Below, piece after piece: positions 38,884 through 48,338 of a stretch of DNA of 64,000 nt. The notes beneath the pieces were generated by a model that was not told the origin of the DNA, did not search any database, and saw only the letters and a list, made by a program, of their open reading frames with translations. Position 1 is the stretch's first letter, and every line of letters begins with the position of its first letter. A program made the position numbers and the translations under genes. Origin of the DNA: a virus (lineage: Duplodnaviria > Caudoviricetes); the IMG/VR virus record IMGVR_UViG_3300037721_000031, positions 1-64,000 of that record; one strand, 5' to 3'.

Positions 38884-39247
38884 GCGGGTAGTAGTATGGA
38901 AACGTCCTATCCGTACAATTAACTGGAATTAGCTCTGATATAATGTCTGTTAGCTCTAATCGACACTCGTGTAGTGTAAGACTATTTTTTATTTTATCAA
39001 AGCCGTCTTGAGGTAATAGCAGCGCTAGTGCATTTTCCGCTTTACTACTTTCAAGATTACCATCATCGATAAGAATGTCTTTAAGTATTTCAGAAATTAC
39101 CAGACCGCACTCTATCTCAAAGTCATCAAATACAAATGCTAGTCTTTCCATCAGTGGTCTCACCGATACGATCAACGGCATATACATCTGAATATCTTCT
39201 AACTCATCTGCTTTACCAGCCCAATTGAGTGGAGGTGTAGTAGTCAC
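38774..39247 (-). CDS. Small acidic hypothetical protein (array member)
   Basis: GTG start abuts the stop of the upstream gene. Confidence 0.55.
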   Translation of the reverse strand: MTTTPPLNWAGKADELEDIQMYMPLIVSVRPLMERLAFVFDDFEIECGLVISEILKDILIDDGNLESSKAENALALLLPQDGFDKIKNSLTLHECRLELTDIISELIPVNCTDRTFPYYYPHGDMFILYVPTNPNSITDPGLRAKLVPYMALRYLDY

Positions 39248-39829
39248 CTAAATTACCCTTTCACGCTTTAACCTCATGTATTCGTGAATTCTAAAGTCTC
39301 CTAACTTGCTAATCTTCAGGTCATAACCTATCTGACTAGTATGATAGATACTCCAGTTATCCTGACCGATGAAGTTACATATATCAGTGGTAAGATCTTG
39401 TAAAATACATCTAATACGCTCTTCGCAGAATTGAGATTGTTCTGTGTTTCCGGGATCTATTAAGTATGCGTCTAAGATATGTTGAAACCTTATCTTATTT
39501 TCTACCCAGTTCAATGAGTTATCTATTAAAGAGTTTACAAAGTCTTTAACCAGACAAACACCTATAGTGCCTCTTGAACGCTCATGATAAGTAGTATTGC
39601 GGCTAGGCAATGTCATGACGATTCTACCGTCATCGTGCGAAATACCGACAGATACCTTTTGAGTTTCTATACTGTTACTTCTACCAAAATTCAAACCAAC
39701 CACATTCCTGCAAGCTGGTGTGTACAATCCAGGTAGAGAATTAATCAGTAGATACTGCATCTCGTCTTCAATCATTCCGCCATATTCTTGAATCGGCACA
39801 ATGATAGTTCTAATCGGTTGTTGCATCAT
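39248..39829 (-). CDS. Conserved hypothetical protein (array member)
   Basis: DLKISKLGDFRI C-terminal motif. Confidence 0.65.
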   Translation of the reverse strand: MMQQPIRTIIVPIQEYGGMIEDEMQYLLINSLPGLYTPACRNVVGLNFGRSNSIETQKVSVGISHDDGRIVMTLPSRNTTYHERSRGTIGVCLVKDFVNSLIDNSLNWVENKIRFQHILDAYLIDPGNTEQSQFCEERIRCILQDLTTDICNFIGQDNWSIYHTSQIGYDLKISKLGDFRIHEYMRLKRERVI

Positions 39830-39853
39830 ATTTCTTCTCTCTATGATATATCT

Positions 39854-40237
39854 TTAAAACCATGATGAACCATCACTTTTTCTTAAGATAAGACAATTGT
39901 GATAATAACTTACTGACAGTTGATCAGTAGGTATAAAGCGCGATGGTAGAACATCTAGTAACGCTCTAGAAAAATCTACTTCAAATAGTGAACCGTACAT
40001 ATTCTTCAACTGATAGTAACTACGTTCATACCACGGATCATGTCTGGAATAGTTGCTGATATTTACAAAAGGGAAGACATCATCCAATACTCTTTTCAGT
40101 ATCCACTCTATTGAGTTATTTGTAATTCCACGACCTGACTCAGTGTAGACTCCAAGCGTCGTAGTGTGTGATAGCTCAATTATCTTTTGTATGAATTCGT
40201 CAACATTGATGACCATGCCATTACACTGGAACTTCAT
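39854..40237 (-). CDS. Small hypothetical protein (first array member)
   Basis: ATG with GGGAGA RBS-like tract. Confidence 0.65.
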   Translation of the reverse strand: MKFQCNGMVINVDEFIQKIIELSHTTTLGVYTESGRGITNNSIEWILKRVLDDVFPFVNISNYSRHDPWYERSYYQLKNMYGSLFEVDFSRALLDVLPSRFIPTDQLSVSYYHNCLILRKSDGSSWF

Positions 40238-40300
40238 AGTCTCCCTTTATAGTGCTATTGGTTACTACAAAATAATGCCAGAAGATAAAAAAATGACGCA

Positions 40301-40354
40301 GCATAGTAGCCTATAGGGTCTCTCGTTTGAGAGACCCTATAGGCTTTTTATGAC
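40301..40354. terminator. GCATA...TTATGAC element after phuZ
   Basis: 17-bp stem 40308-24/40329-45. Confidence 0.8.
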
Positions 40355-40372
40355 ATTCTAGAGGCTCTTATA

Positions 40373-41362
40373 TTAGAGAACAAGCCCGTTATCTGTAGCG
40401 CTATCCTTATCTGTCAGAATCGTAGGAGTGTTAATCCTAGCGCGCTGAATTTGTTCAAGCTCTTGCAGCTTTGAACTCAATGCTTTAGCAGCATGTGCCA
40501 TCAAGTCTGTTGTGATAACCAAATTAATTGGAGCAGCATTGATCAAACGATCATTCGCGCCTTCAGGCATGAATCCAACTGCTTGATAATCTGGTGTAAT
40601 CGGCAGGCTAGAATCCCCACCCTTTTCACACAGAGTAACTACACTTACAACTTCACCAGCATGTTCAGTAGGGAACTGCCCAAAGTAGGTGTTCAGAGCA
40701 GCAAGCTGAGGCGCGAACGTAGTCGCTCTATTGAAGTTCAAGAAGTTGAACAGATCTTTAGAATCAAGTTCACTGTTCTCTCTGGAGTATGCAGTCAATA
40801 ATGCGGACACTGTTTGCAGTACTTCAGAATCAACTTGTGCACGAGGAGTTACTGAGCTGTTTTGCATATACTTCACAACTACAGGCTTTCCACGAAGCTT
40901 GCTGATTGCTTCATAGGACTTGATAGTCTTCAGAGTGTTGTCCACATCCAAACGAGTATCACTTGCTCCAACCAACACCACTACAACTGCAGTATCTCGC
41001 TCCAGCAACTCAGAAACGATGGACGGTGCGATAACAGAACCAGAGCCACCGGAAGCTGAAGAGATGACAACAGACAAATCAAGCGGTTCATGACGTTGCA
41101 GAATGTCTCGTGTATGCGCGGCGATCTGTTGGTAGTTTTCCTTACGGATCTTACCAGAACCATCAAGATCTTTCAGGAGATACACTGCACCTTCAGGAAC
41201 ATTGGTCGAAAGATTACTACGGCTTGTGTCGATGTATGAAATTTCAAGCTTTGATACACCGATCTCTTCATTATTCCGAAACTTCTCTAGCTGCGAAGCG
41301 ATATTAATCCCGGCGCCACCACATGCAAAGATCCTGATAATTCCTTTTAGCTTTTCGGTCAT
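40373..41362 (-). CDS. phuZ: Phage tubulin PhuZ
   Basis: FACGGAGINI, IDTS.SN, DGSGK.RKEN, SASGGSGS tubulin signature, DNGLVL C-terminus. Confidence 0.95.
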   Translation of the reverse strand: MTEKLKGIIRIFACGGAGINIASQLEKFRNNEEIGVSKLEISYIDTSRSNLSTNVPEGAVYLLKDLDGSGKIRKENYQQIAAHTRDILQRHEPLDLSVVISSASGGSGSVIAPSIVSELLERDTAVVVVLVGASDTRLDVDNTLKTIKSYEAISKLRGKPVVVKYMQNSSVTPRAQVDSEVLQTVSALLTAYSRENSELDSKDLFNFLNFNRATTFAPQLAALNTYFGQFPTEHAGEVVSVVTLCEKGGDSSLPITPDYQAVGFMPEGANDRLINAAPINLVITTDLMAHAAKALSSKLQELEQIQRARINTPTILTDKDSATDNGLVL

Positions 41363-41428
41363 GACATATCCTTTATAGATTCATATGAGCTATACTTTTG
41401 GCAACACTATTATTACATTGCTCAGGAT

Positions 41429-41447
41429 TGTAATATATAGTTGAAAC
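41429..41447 (-). promoter_or_regulatory. Early promoter upstream of phuZ
   Basis: Minus strand TTTCA-ACTA-TATATTACA. Confidence 0.75.
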
Positions 41448-41480
41448 ATAATAGATTACGATATTTAAACAGGAATAAAA

Positions 41481-42284
41481 ATGAACCCTATCGCGATGGC
41501 GTTGAACCATATAAAATTCACGATACCTCGAGAAATCCTGGATACTGTCTTTATTGAAAGAAACCGTTTTCTTCGACAAGTACCAATGACTGTTGATGCC
41601 CACATCACAAATGAAGTTATCAGAGCACGCATTCTTCCTGAACTTAATCTGGTTGGTGGTGCTGAAATATTTGTAGCATTACAGGGAATAATGCCAGAGC
41701 GGATTAATCAATACACGTCAGTCTATAAAATTCCGAAGAGCAGGACTGGTGGGCGTTCAATAATTAGTGTTCTAAATGTAACATTCTCAGATCCAACAGC
41801 TACCTCTAATTATGGTACAGCAACGGGTTGTCAAAGTACTGAAATGCTGACTACTGCGCAAGCAATGGTTGACGCAATGGGTACAATTCCAATTACATCT
41901 ACTTCACATGTTCAGTTAGTTGGTGAGAATACAGTAATGGTTAGAGATACAGTACTTTTACCAGCCAACATATATTTGCGTTGTGTTGTCGAGAATGATT
42001 CTAATCTTAGTCATCTACAAGCTCGTAGTTATCCGGCATTTTTTAAGCTAGTAGAATTTGCTGTAAAAGCTTTTATTTATAATAATCACATCATTCAGAT
42101 GGATGTTGGTGAGCTTTACGGTGGTCACAATTTAGGCAGGTTCAAAGAAGTCGTTGATAGCTACTCTGATGCTGAGGAAATGTACCAAACTCACATGAGA
42201 GAAGTAATGGCTAAGGTAATGATGATGAACGATACAGAGTCTATAACCCGACACATTAGAATGCTTGTGGGCGGGCGTAGATAA
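41481..42284 (+). CDS. Conserved phiKZ-like hypothetical (possibly virion) protein
   Basis: 267-aa ORF divergent from phuZ; IP.EIL...F and Y.DAEEMY motifs. Confidence 0.65.
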   Translation: MNPIAMALNHIKFTIPREILDTVFIERNRFLRQVPMTVDAHITNEVIRARILPELNLVGGAEIFVALQGIMPERINQYTSVYKIPKSRTGGRSIISVLNVTFSDPTATSNYGTATGCQSTEMLTTAQAMVDAMGTIPITSTSHVQLVGENTVMVRDTVLLPANIYLRCVVENDSNLSHLQARSYPAFFKLVEFAVKAFIYNNHIIQMDVGELYGGHNLGRFKEVVDSYSDAEEMYQTHMREVMAKVMMMNDTESITRHIRMLVGGRR

Positions 42285-42293
42285 TTATAAATT

Positions 42294-42349
42294 GACATAT
42301 GAGAGCTATAAGCTATTCAATAAAGAATAGCTTATAGCCTTTTATGCCG
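42294..42349. terminator. GACATA...TTATGCCG element (convergent junction)
   Basis: 14-bp stem 42305-18/42325-38. Confidence 0.8.
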
Positions 42350-42371
42350 TACAATTATTTTATAAACTCAT

Positions 42372-43490
42372 TCAGAAGTCTACATCAAACACTTTACCAG
42401 TATCGGTACGCTGCATTACGTTTACCTTGTACTGCCCATTTTGCTGTTCTTGAGGAGCAGCTTGTGTCTTAGAGATATCAATCCACTTTTCCATAAATGG
42501 GAGAGGATTACTCTTAGGCATTTCAAAATCAGAGTCGGGTTGAATCTCTAAGATATCGTAAACATCACCGGCTGAGTAGATGGTCCACTTATCCAACATC
42601 TTACCGTTAAGACCAGCTAATGGTTCTGTATCGAGATCCAGACCCTTATTCCATACAAGCTCAGACATCACTACTTCTTTGATTAATTTCTTAACCAACG
42701 GAAGAGTCTCCTGTCTTGCAATCGCACCCATTGAAGTTTGATGTTCATTAGCGAGTACTAGTCTACCTAGCTCCACATGTACTTCAAACTCGTCTTGGCA
42801 GATTTTTTGTACAGTTTTAGCAATAGGAACAAACGCACCTGCCGAACCAATAGCAAACGTTACTGCGAACGAACTCATAAACTGAATACGTTCCATCACC
42901 AACATTGCCACGACAAGCATGTAAATTGCATTATACGTACTTTGGTCAGCTTGACGCAACCCTAATGCATACTCGTGACTAACTTTGTAAGTGTGAGCCA
43001 TAACCTCAGAGACTATAGTCAGTCTCTGCATTGCTTCCTTAACCTTGAGTACTTCATCAAGTACCTTGTGTGGGTCATCAAAGCTATAACGAACAATCTC
43101 AGAATATGCTGATGCGTGTACAATCTCATTATCTGTGATTCTACCGTACGCTGCTTGTAATTCAGGAGAGCTAATGAATGGAGCCATAATTGGCAACAGT
43201 GTACGCGCTGCAACTGAGTCAGCTTCCCACTGCCATGCCAGGGTCTTAATCATTCTTTCCGAAATAGACTTAGGACGAGTCTTGAATTCGGTATTACACG
43301 TCTTGAAGTCCATTGTGAACTCTTGTTCATCCCAATCCAAAGACTTCATGTTCTTATAGTTTTCCCAAATCTTAGGAAATCTACGATTCACTGTATCAAA
43401 CAAGCCGGCTTGCTGACCAAGAAACAAACTAGTGTGCCCACTAACAGCATAGTCTGTTTTATCAGTATTGAAAATATTCTTATCAATCAT
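42372..43490 (-). CDS. nrdB: Ribonucleotide reductase class Ia beta subunit
   Basis: WQWEADS, NEIVHASAY (diiron ligands + radical Tyr), ERIQFMSSF, ICQDEFEVH, APQE tail. Confidence 0.92.
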   Translation of the reverse strand: MIDKNIFNTDKTDYAVSGHTSLFLGQQAGLFDTVNRRFPKIWENYKNMKSLDWDEQEFTMDFKTCNTEFKTRPKSISERMIKTLAWQWEADSVAARTLLPIMAPFISSPELQAAYGRITDNEIVHASAYSEIVRYSFDDPHKVLDEVLKVKEAMQRLTIVSEVMAHTYKVSHEYALGLRQADQSTYNAIYMLVVAMLVMERIQFMSSFAVTFAIGSAGAFVPIAKTVQKICQDEFEVHVELGRLVLANEHQTSMGAIARQETLPLVKKLIKEVVMSELVWNKGLDLDTEPLAGLNGKMLDKWTIYSAGDVYDILEIQPDSDFEMPKSNPLPFMEKWIDISKTQAAPQEQQNGQYKVNVMQRTDTGKVFDVDF

Positions 43491-43521
43491 GTTACTTTCT
43501 TTTTCAGATATAGTTACAATC

Positions 43522-43555
43522 AGGACTAGGGGAATGTTCCCCTAGTCCTTTATGT
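43522..43555. terminator. Hairpin with TATGT between nrdA and nrdB
   Basis: AGGACTAGGGGAA-tg-TTCCCCTAGTCCT, then TTATGT. Confidence 0.7.
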
Positions 43556-43562
43556 AAGCGTA

Positions 43563-46142
43563 TTATAAAGAACAAGCCCCGGAATCGCAACCGGCGCTTG
43601 AACCAGCTGTGTTTTCTGACTCCACATAGATAACGTTACTATTTTCAAGCGATGCAGTATCGCTATTAATCATAGCTTCGTCAGAATGAATATTTCCACC
43701 ACTTGCTTCTACTTTAGCAAGAGTATCGAAATGAACTGTTGCATCAGTTTTCTTCAACACTACCTTCTTAGCTGACTTTACATTCATGTAGTATTGTGAT
43801 TTCATTCCTACACGAACCATATGGAAGAAGTTCTCAAGCATTTCATCAGTAGTCACCTTCTCAGCGCCACGAATATGTCTATACAAGTCTGCTGAAATCG
43901 ATTGATCTGTAAATCCTTGAATAATACCATAGATGTCAATTAGATCTTTAGTTGGTACATCCCAAGCTAATTCATAATTTAGCTTATCGCCATCTGGTGC
44001 TGCCCAATACGTAATGATATTATTATCACTTTTATTAAGAGTAATGTCCCTTACTGGATAAAGGCAATTTGTTGCAGCTGCGGCTTTCGACGAGGTCTCA
44101 CCAGGCATGTATGCTACAACAAAAGAATTACGAATTCCTTTATTCTCTACAATTTCAGCACGTAATTGTTCCCAGTCATACTGAAGCTCGACATTAGGTA
44201 CGATCTTTTCAACAACGTACTGATTACGTGTATCGATAGGTAACCAACCTTCGACCCACTTAGTACGATGGATCCATGGAGCATTACCGAGCTCCCGACC
44301 TAATTGAAGAGATGCCTTAATGCAGTGATAGCTGTGTCGTTCAGCAACACGATGGATTTCTTCTTTACCTTCTTGACTAGAATACTTCAAGTTTTTCTTA
44401 GCCATGTAGTGTGCCAAACTCATAATGCCTACACCAGCAGACATTCTATTTTTAGCTGTATATCCGATATGTGGTAGTGTGTACTCTGATTTATGAATAC
44501 ACTTATCAATCATGAGGAGAGTGTAGTATGCGGCTTTTTCATACTGCTCGTCAGTATCGACATTAGAAATAATGATCGCACCTAAAGAGCACAATGCTAC
44601 TTCGGGTTCTTTCTTCAGGTTCAGTATTTTAACAACTTTTAAACCCATAAGACTGAGCGAGGGTACGTCGCAAAGATCGCCGATTTGTAACTGCTGTGCA
44701 GCAACGTACTTATACTTACCAGAATACAAACGAACGACACGTGGTGCATCCAGTCGACGGATAATCTCATATTGGTCGATAAATTCAATATATCCCACAG
44801 ATTGCTTAGAATACAAGTCTTCCATTGACTCATACGGTTCGGTGGATTCTACGATTTCGACACATAAGTTCGAACTAAAAATAGGGTCTTTAGCCGGAGT
44901 GTGTCTATTAATCTCATCAATAAACGTTAAATAAGCACGGCCAGTCTCAAACGTCTCATTTCTATTTGCCAGAACTACTTCACGAGCAGAAATGTACTTC
45001 TTCTTAAACTCTGGATCATTCTCATACTTAGAGTAAAGATATTCAAAAGTCTTTGGATCCGAATCAAACATTGAATAATAAAGATCTGGTGCAGTATGTG
45101 AATTAAACTGCATAATTGGTTCATCCAGAGCAGCTTTACGCGCTAGTAGCTTATTCGCATGCATAGTGTAATCCATGTCGCGAATTTGCTTCTCTGTCGG
45201 TGTCATTGGATTCTTTAAAGCTTGCAGAGTCTCTACTTCTGGATCAAATGCACTAAAGAAAGAGTTACATGCACCAGCTCTACCATTTTGCATGTTAGCG
45301 CGTACAGCGCCATTCATAGCACGCAAGTATGGGAGCTTTCCTTGATGTATGATCATACCACCACGAATGGAATCACCTACAGAGCGTGTATGTAAGATAT
45401 TACCAATACCGGCTGACTGTACAGTCATCTTGTATGCAATGTGATCACCAACACCTAATGAGCTAGCTGTGTCCGATGATGCGTATAAACAACATGACGC
45501 ATAACCGTTTAACGGAGTGCCTAGATTAGTATAGTTCGGTGTAGGTGCACTAATAATGTTCTTGGAAAGAAGATTATAAAACTCTTTCACGTCATTCATG
45601 CGACGATCACGAGGCTGATCCTCAGACAGAGCCATAGCCATCCGCATAAACACAAATTGAGTAGACTCAAATTCGTGACCCCCTAGACGATCACGCAAGG
45701 CATACTTAAACCGGATATGGTAATGTTGAAAATGAGCATATTCAAAATCACGTGTGTGTTGAATAATATCTTCAGCGATAGCATATTCAGAATCATCATA
45801 GTCGAGATTAACCATGAGCCCTGCTTTATTAGATGCTTTAAAACAGTTCTTTACAGTTGGAACACCTTGTGGATAAATTTCTTTATACATAATGGCAGCA
45901 TAAAGTCTACCAGCCATTCTGTTATAAGACCATGTGTCACGATCAAGACATTCTCTGATCAATGCATACTGAAGATCAGAACTACTGCAAGCTTCAGGTA
46001 ACGACCCTACAGCGTTCAGCACAACACCAGACCAATCCACATAGTCACTTAATGACTCAGCGGCCCAGATACCCCATCCATTGACTTTAGTGGCATTAAA
46101 TGGCTCACGTGAACCATCACGCTTAATAATTTCGTTGATCAA
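43563..46142 (-). CDS. nrdA: Ribonucleotide reductase class Ia alpha subunit with ATP cone and active-site-loop insertion
   Basis: IIKRDGSREPF ATP cone, YASCCL, SSNLCVEI, VALCSLG, MPGETSS, KSQYY, C-terminal CDSGAC. Confidence 0.95.
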   Translation of the reverse strand: MINEIIKRDGSREPFNATKVNGWGIWAAESLSDYVDWSGVVLNAVGSLPEACSSSDLQYALIRECLDRDTWSYNRMAGRLYAAIMYKEIYPQGVPTVKNCFKASNKAGLMVNLDYDDSEYAIAEDIIQHTRDFEYAHFQHYHIRFKYALRDRLGGHEFESTQFVFMRMAMALSEDQPRDRRMNDVKEFYNLLSKNIISAPTPNYTNLGTPLNGYASCCLYASSDTASSLGVGDHIAYKMTVQSAGIGNILHTRSVGDSIRGGMIIHQGKLPYLRAMNGAVRANMQNGRAGACNSFFSAFDPEVETLQALKNPMTPTEKQIRDMDYTMHANKLLARKAALDEPIMQFNSHTAPDLYYSMFDSDPKTFEYLYSKYENDPEFKKKYISAREVVLANRNETFETGRAYLTFIDEINRHTPAKDPIFSSNLCVEIVESTEPYESMEDLYSKQSVGYIEFIDQYEIIRRLDAPRVVRLYSGKYKYVAAQQLQIGDLCDVPSLSLMGLKVVKILNLKKEPEVALCSLGAIIISNVDTDEQYEKAAYYTLLMIDKCIHKSEYTLPHIGYTAKNRMSAGVGIMSLAHYMAKKNLKYSSQEGKEEIHRVAERHSYHCIKASLQLGRELGNAPWIHRTKWVEGWLPIDTRNQYVVEKIVPNVELQYDWEQLRAEIVENKGIRNSFVVAYMPGETSSKAAAATNCLYPVRDITLNKSDNNIITYWAAPDGDKLNYELAWDVPTKDLIDIYGIIQGFTDQSISADLYRHIRGAEKVTTDEMLENFFHMVRVGMKSQYYMNVKSAKKVVLKKTDATVHFDTLAKVEASGGNIHSDEAMINSDTASLENSNVIYVESENTAGSSAGCDSGACSL

Positions 46143-46331
46143 TTGACACCTCTTGAAGAGATAAGATAGACCTTAATTCCTTATCGTTTTACTGACTGCA
46201 AATGATAAGGAATTAAAAATATAAGTAAATATTGATTATTGTTACAGAGTAATAGTTACTAGTTATTCTGTAAAGACTAACACATAAGGTACTTCCCAGT
46301 CATGAAAAAATACTTCAAGTTTTATGTAAAA

Positions 46332-46369
46332 CGGCATAAAACCCAAGAGAGTAAGTCCCCTGGGTTTTA
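46332..46369. terminator. CGGCATA-flanked hairpin
   Basis: TAAAACCCA 46337-45/TGGGTTTTA 46361-69. Confidence 0.55.
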
Positions 46370-46400
46370 CGTTACATATCTGACTCTACTAACTAGACAT

Positions 46401-46859
46401 TCAGTCCGACATAATGAAAGAGATATATCTCTTAGACTGTAAGTGTAAAAGTTCAAACTTCAGACACATGTCTTTTGTAGACGTTACTTGAGTCTCACAC
46501 CCTAAGTACTTAGTAGTAAAGCTCTTCAATATACCAGATCCTTGAATATGATCTTTCTTATTATACTCAAGAGGTAGACTCACTCTTTGTGTTAGTGAGC
46601 TGTCACTACTATGCAGTAGTTGCTCCAGAACATTACTAGGATTCTGGATATCTGGAGACTCTCCAGGAATACGCGTCATTAAATGCACATTTACAGTAGT
46701 ATTACTAGAACTCTTGTTAGAGATTCTAGCTACCAGACTCTTAGGAAGAGTCATGCAGTAAATAAGTGTTGCTAGACGTATAACTGGAGACTCAGTATGT
46801 TTATTACCATGAATAGTTAACATCCATGGGTCTAATATGTTATCTACATAGTTATTCAT
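46401..46859 (-). CDS. Hypothetical protein
   Basis: ATGA overlap with the upstream gene. Confidence 0.55.
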   Translation of the reverse strand: MNNYVDNILDPWMLTIHGNKHTESPVIRLATLIYCMTLPKSLVARISNKSSSNTTVNVHLMTRIPGESPDIQNPSNVLEQLLHSSDSSLTQRVSLPLEYNKKDHIQGSGILKSFTTKYLGCETQVTSTKDMCLKFELLHLQSKRYISFIMSD

Positions 46860-47515
46860 AAAACACCATTAGATTGTTGTGCTTGAAAATCAAAGCATAA
46901 ACTTAAGTAATGACTACGGCTAGATTTATGACTGATATCCATACTTATAACTGGACCATTATCCATACTGATGTAGCTTTCTTGAATAACGATCTGATCT
47001 TTCATCTTCTTAATAAACTCTAGAACTTGACATGCTACAAAACCAAACATAAGGCCGTTATGCGTGACAGACCTTTGCATTAATACATCAGGGTTACCTG
47101 TCACGTATTCTAGTTCATTCATTAGTTTACTAACACCTGTATCAGCATTTTTACTATTTGCACCAAATGATGCTTTTCGGTTAGTCTCTACAGGTTGAAG
47201 AGAGATATTGCTACGTTGATCATCATCACTTACTAGAGAAAGTGATTCACTAATATGGTATCTAGCAGATCCTTCAGGATAATACTTAAAAGCATTATAT
47301 ATCATCTTGTCCGTACTATTTGTCTGGACATTCTTCATTAGCTCTCTAACTAAATCAATAAAGTCCCCCATCACTGCTGGATATTTTCTATGGAAATTCT
47401 TTTTAATGAAGCCTACCTCAGCGTTGGTGAATAAGAATTCATTAGTGGAAATCATCAGTGATGGTTTGTGTTGAGTCATGACTTTATCTTTTTCGATTTT
47501 AATGATGTGTAGCAA
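46856..47515 (-). CDS. Hypothetical protein (start uncertain, possibly MTQHKP)
   Basis: 219-aa ORF. Confidence 0.6.
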   Translation of the reverse strand: MLHIIKIEKDKVMTQHKPSLMISTNEFLFTNAEVGFIKKNFHRKYPAVMGDFIDLVRELMKNVQTNSTDKMIYNAFKYYPEGSARYHISESLSLVSDDDQRSNISLQPVETNRKASFGANSKNADTGVSKLMNELEYVTGNPDVLMQRSVTHNGLMFGFVACQVLEFIKKMKDQIVIQESYISMDNGPVISMDISHKSSRSHYLSLCFDFQAQQSNGVL

Positions 47516-47557
47516 CTACTGCTGAAACATATTATCTTACAAACTAAGGACACAATA

Positions 47558-48175
47558 ATGGCATCCATCATTCGAAACGCTCTTGCTTCTATGGAAGGTA
47601 TGGAAGTAAAGCTGGAAATCACTCAAGCACCAGTTGTTAAAGAAGATGTGGTCGTTCCTAAAATGACCACTACAGTTGTTACTAACACTACTACTGTTGC
47701 AAAACCTGTAGACGATAAAGAAGAAGTAAAGATCGTTTTAGATGGTCCTTTATCAAGTATCTATTTTAAAGCCCTTAACATTGCCTATGCAAAACCAGAT
47801 CCAGTAACTGGAATGGTATCTACGGAATCGTTGGCACTTACGGACTACTACAGAGCTGCTGAGATTCAAAAGAAGTTAGCTAGTGAAGTCGTCACACACG
47901 AAGTGGAAGAAGCAGTTAGTTCTAATCCTAGCAGTACTGCACTAGTTGCCCCGATGACTAAGGATGAAGTTATTCCTGTCGTTAAGGAACTTATTGATGT
48001 CAGTGGTGGAGCACCTACTGATTTTTGTATTGTATTTAACACCATGGCTCCAACTCATTACTCACCTATGGGTTCTTCTGATGGCGTGGAAGTTGTAGTT
48101 ATGGATCGTGCTCAACCAATTGCTTTTGAAGACATTGAAGGTGTAACGATTTTTGTAAAAATGAAAAAGAAGTAA
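47558..48175 (+). CDS. Probable virion head protein
   Basis: ASME and VSTES match the S/A/G-X-E prohead-protease cleavage motif of phiKZ-like head proteins; LDGPLS.IY..ALN..YAK motif. Confidence 0.5.
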   Translation: MASIIRNALASMEGMEVKLEITQAPVVKEDVVVPKMTTTVVTNTTTVAKPVDDKEEVKIVLDGPLSSIYFKALNIAYAKPDPVTGMVSTESLALTDYYRAAEIQKKLASEVVTHEVEEAVSSNPSSTALVAPMTKDEVIPVVKELIDVSGGAPTDFCIVFNTMAPTHYSPMGSSDGVEVVVMDRAQPIAFEDIEGVTIFVKMKKK

Positions 48176-48181
48176 CGAATA

Positions 48182-48224
48182 GACATAAACAGACAGTTTC
48201 ATAGCGAAACTGTCTGTTTATGTC
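48182..48224. terminator. Perfect GACATAA...TTATGTC element
   Basis: 19-bp perfect stem, 5-nt loop. Confidence 0.85.
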
Positions 48225-48317
48225 GTCATTTAGACAAAGTTTTATTAATAAGATATATGCTTATAGTTTAAAAAATACATCAATACTAATGATTTGAACC
48301 ACCGTAAGAGGAGAATA

Positions 48318-48338
48318 GGGCGGGGGTTTGGGGGTGGG
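48318..48338 (+). other. Canonical G-quadruplex-forming motif
   Basis: GGG-C-GGGGG-TTT-GGGGG-T-GGG. Confidence 0.7.

Noticed and set aside
44610-44820. Functional intein in NrdA
   Set aside because: No N-terminal Cys/Ser/Thr or C-terminal His-Asn junction, and too short; kept only as a possible relic
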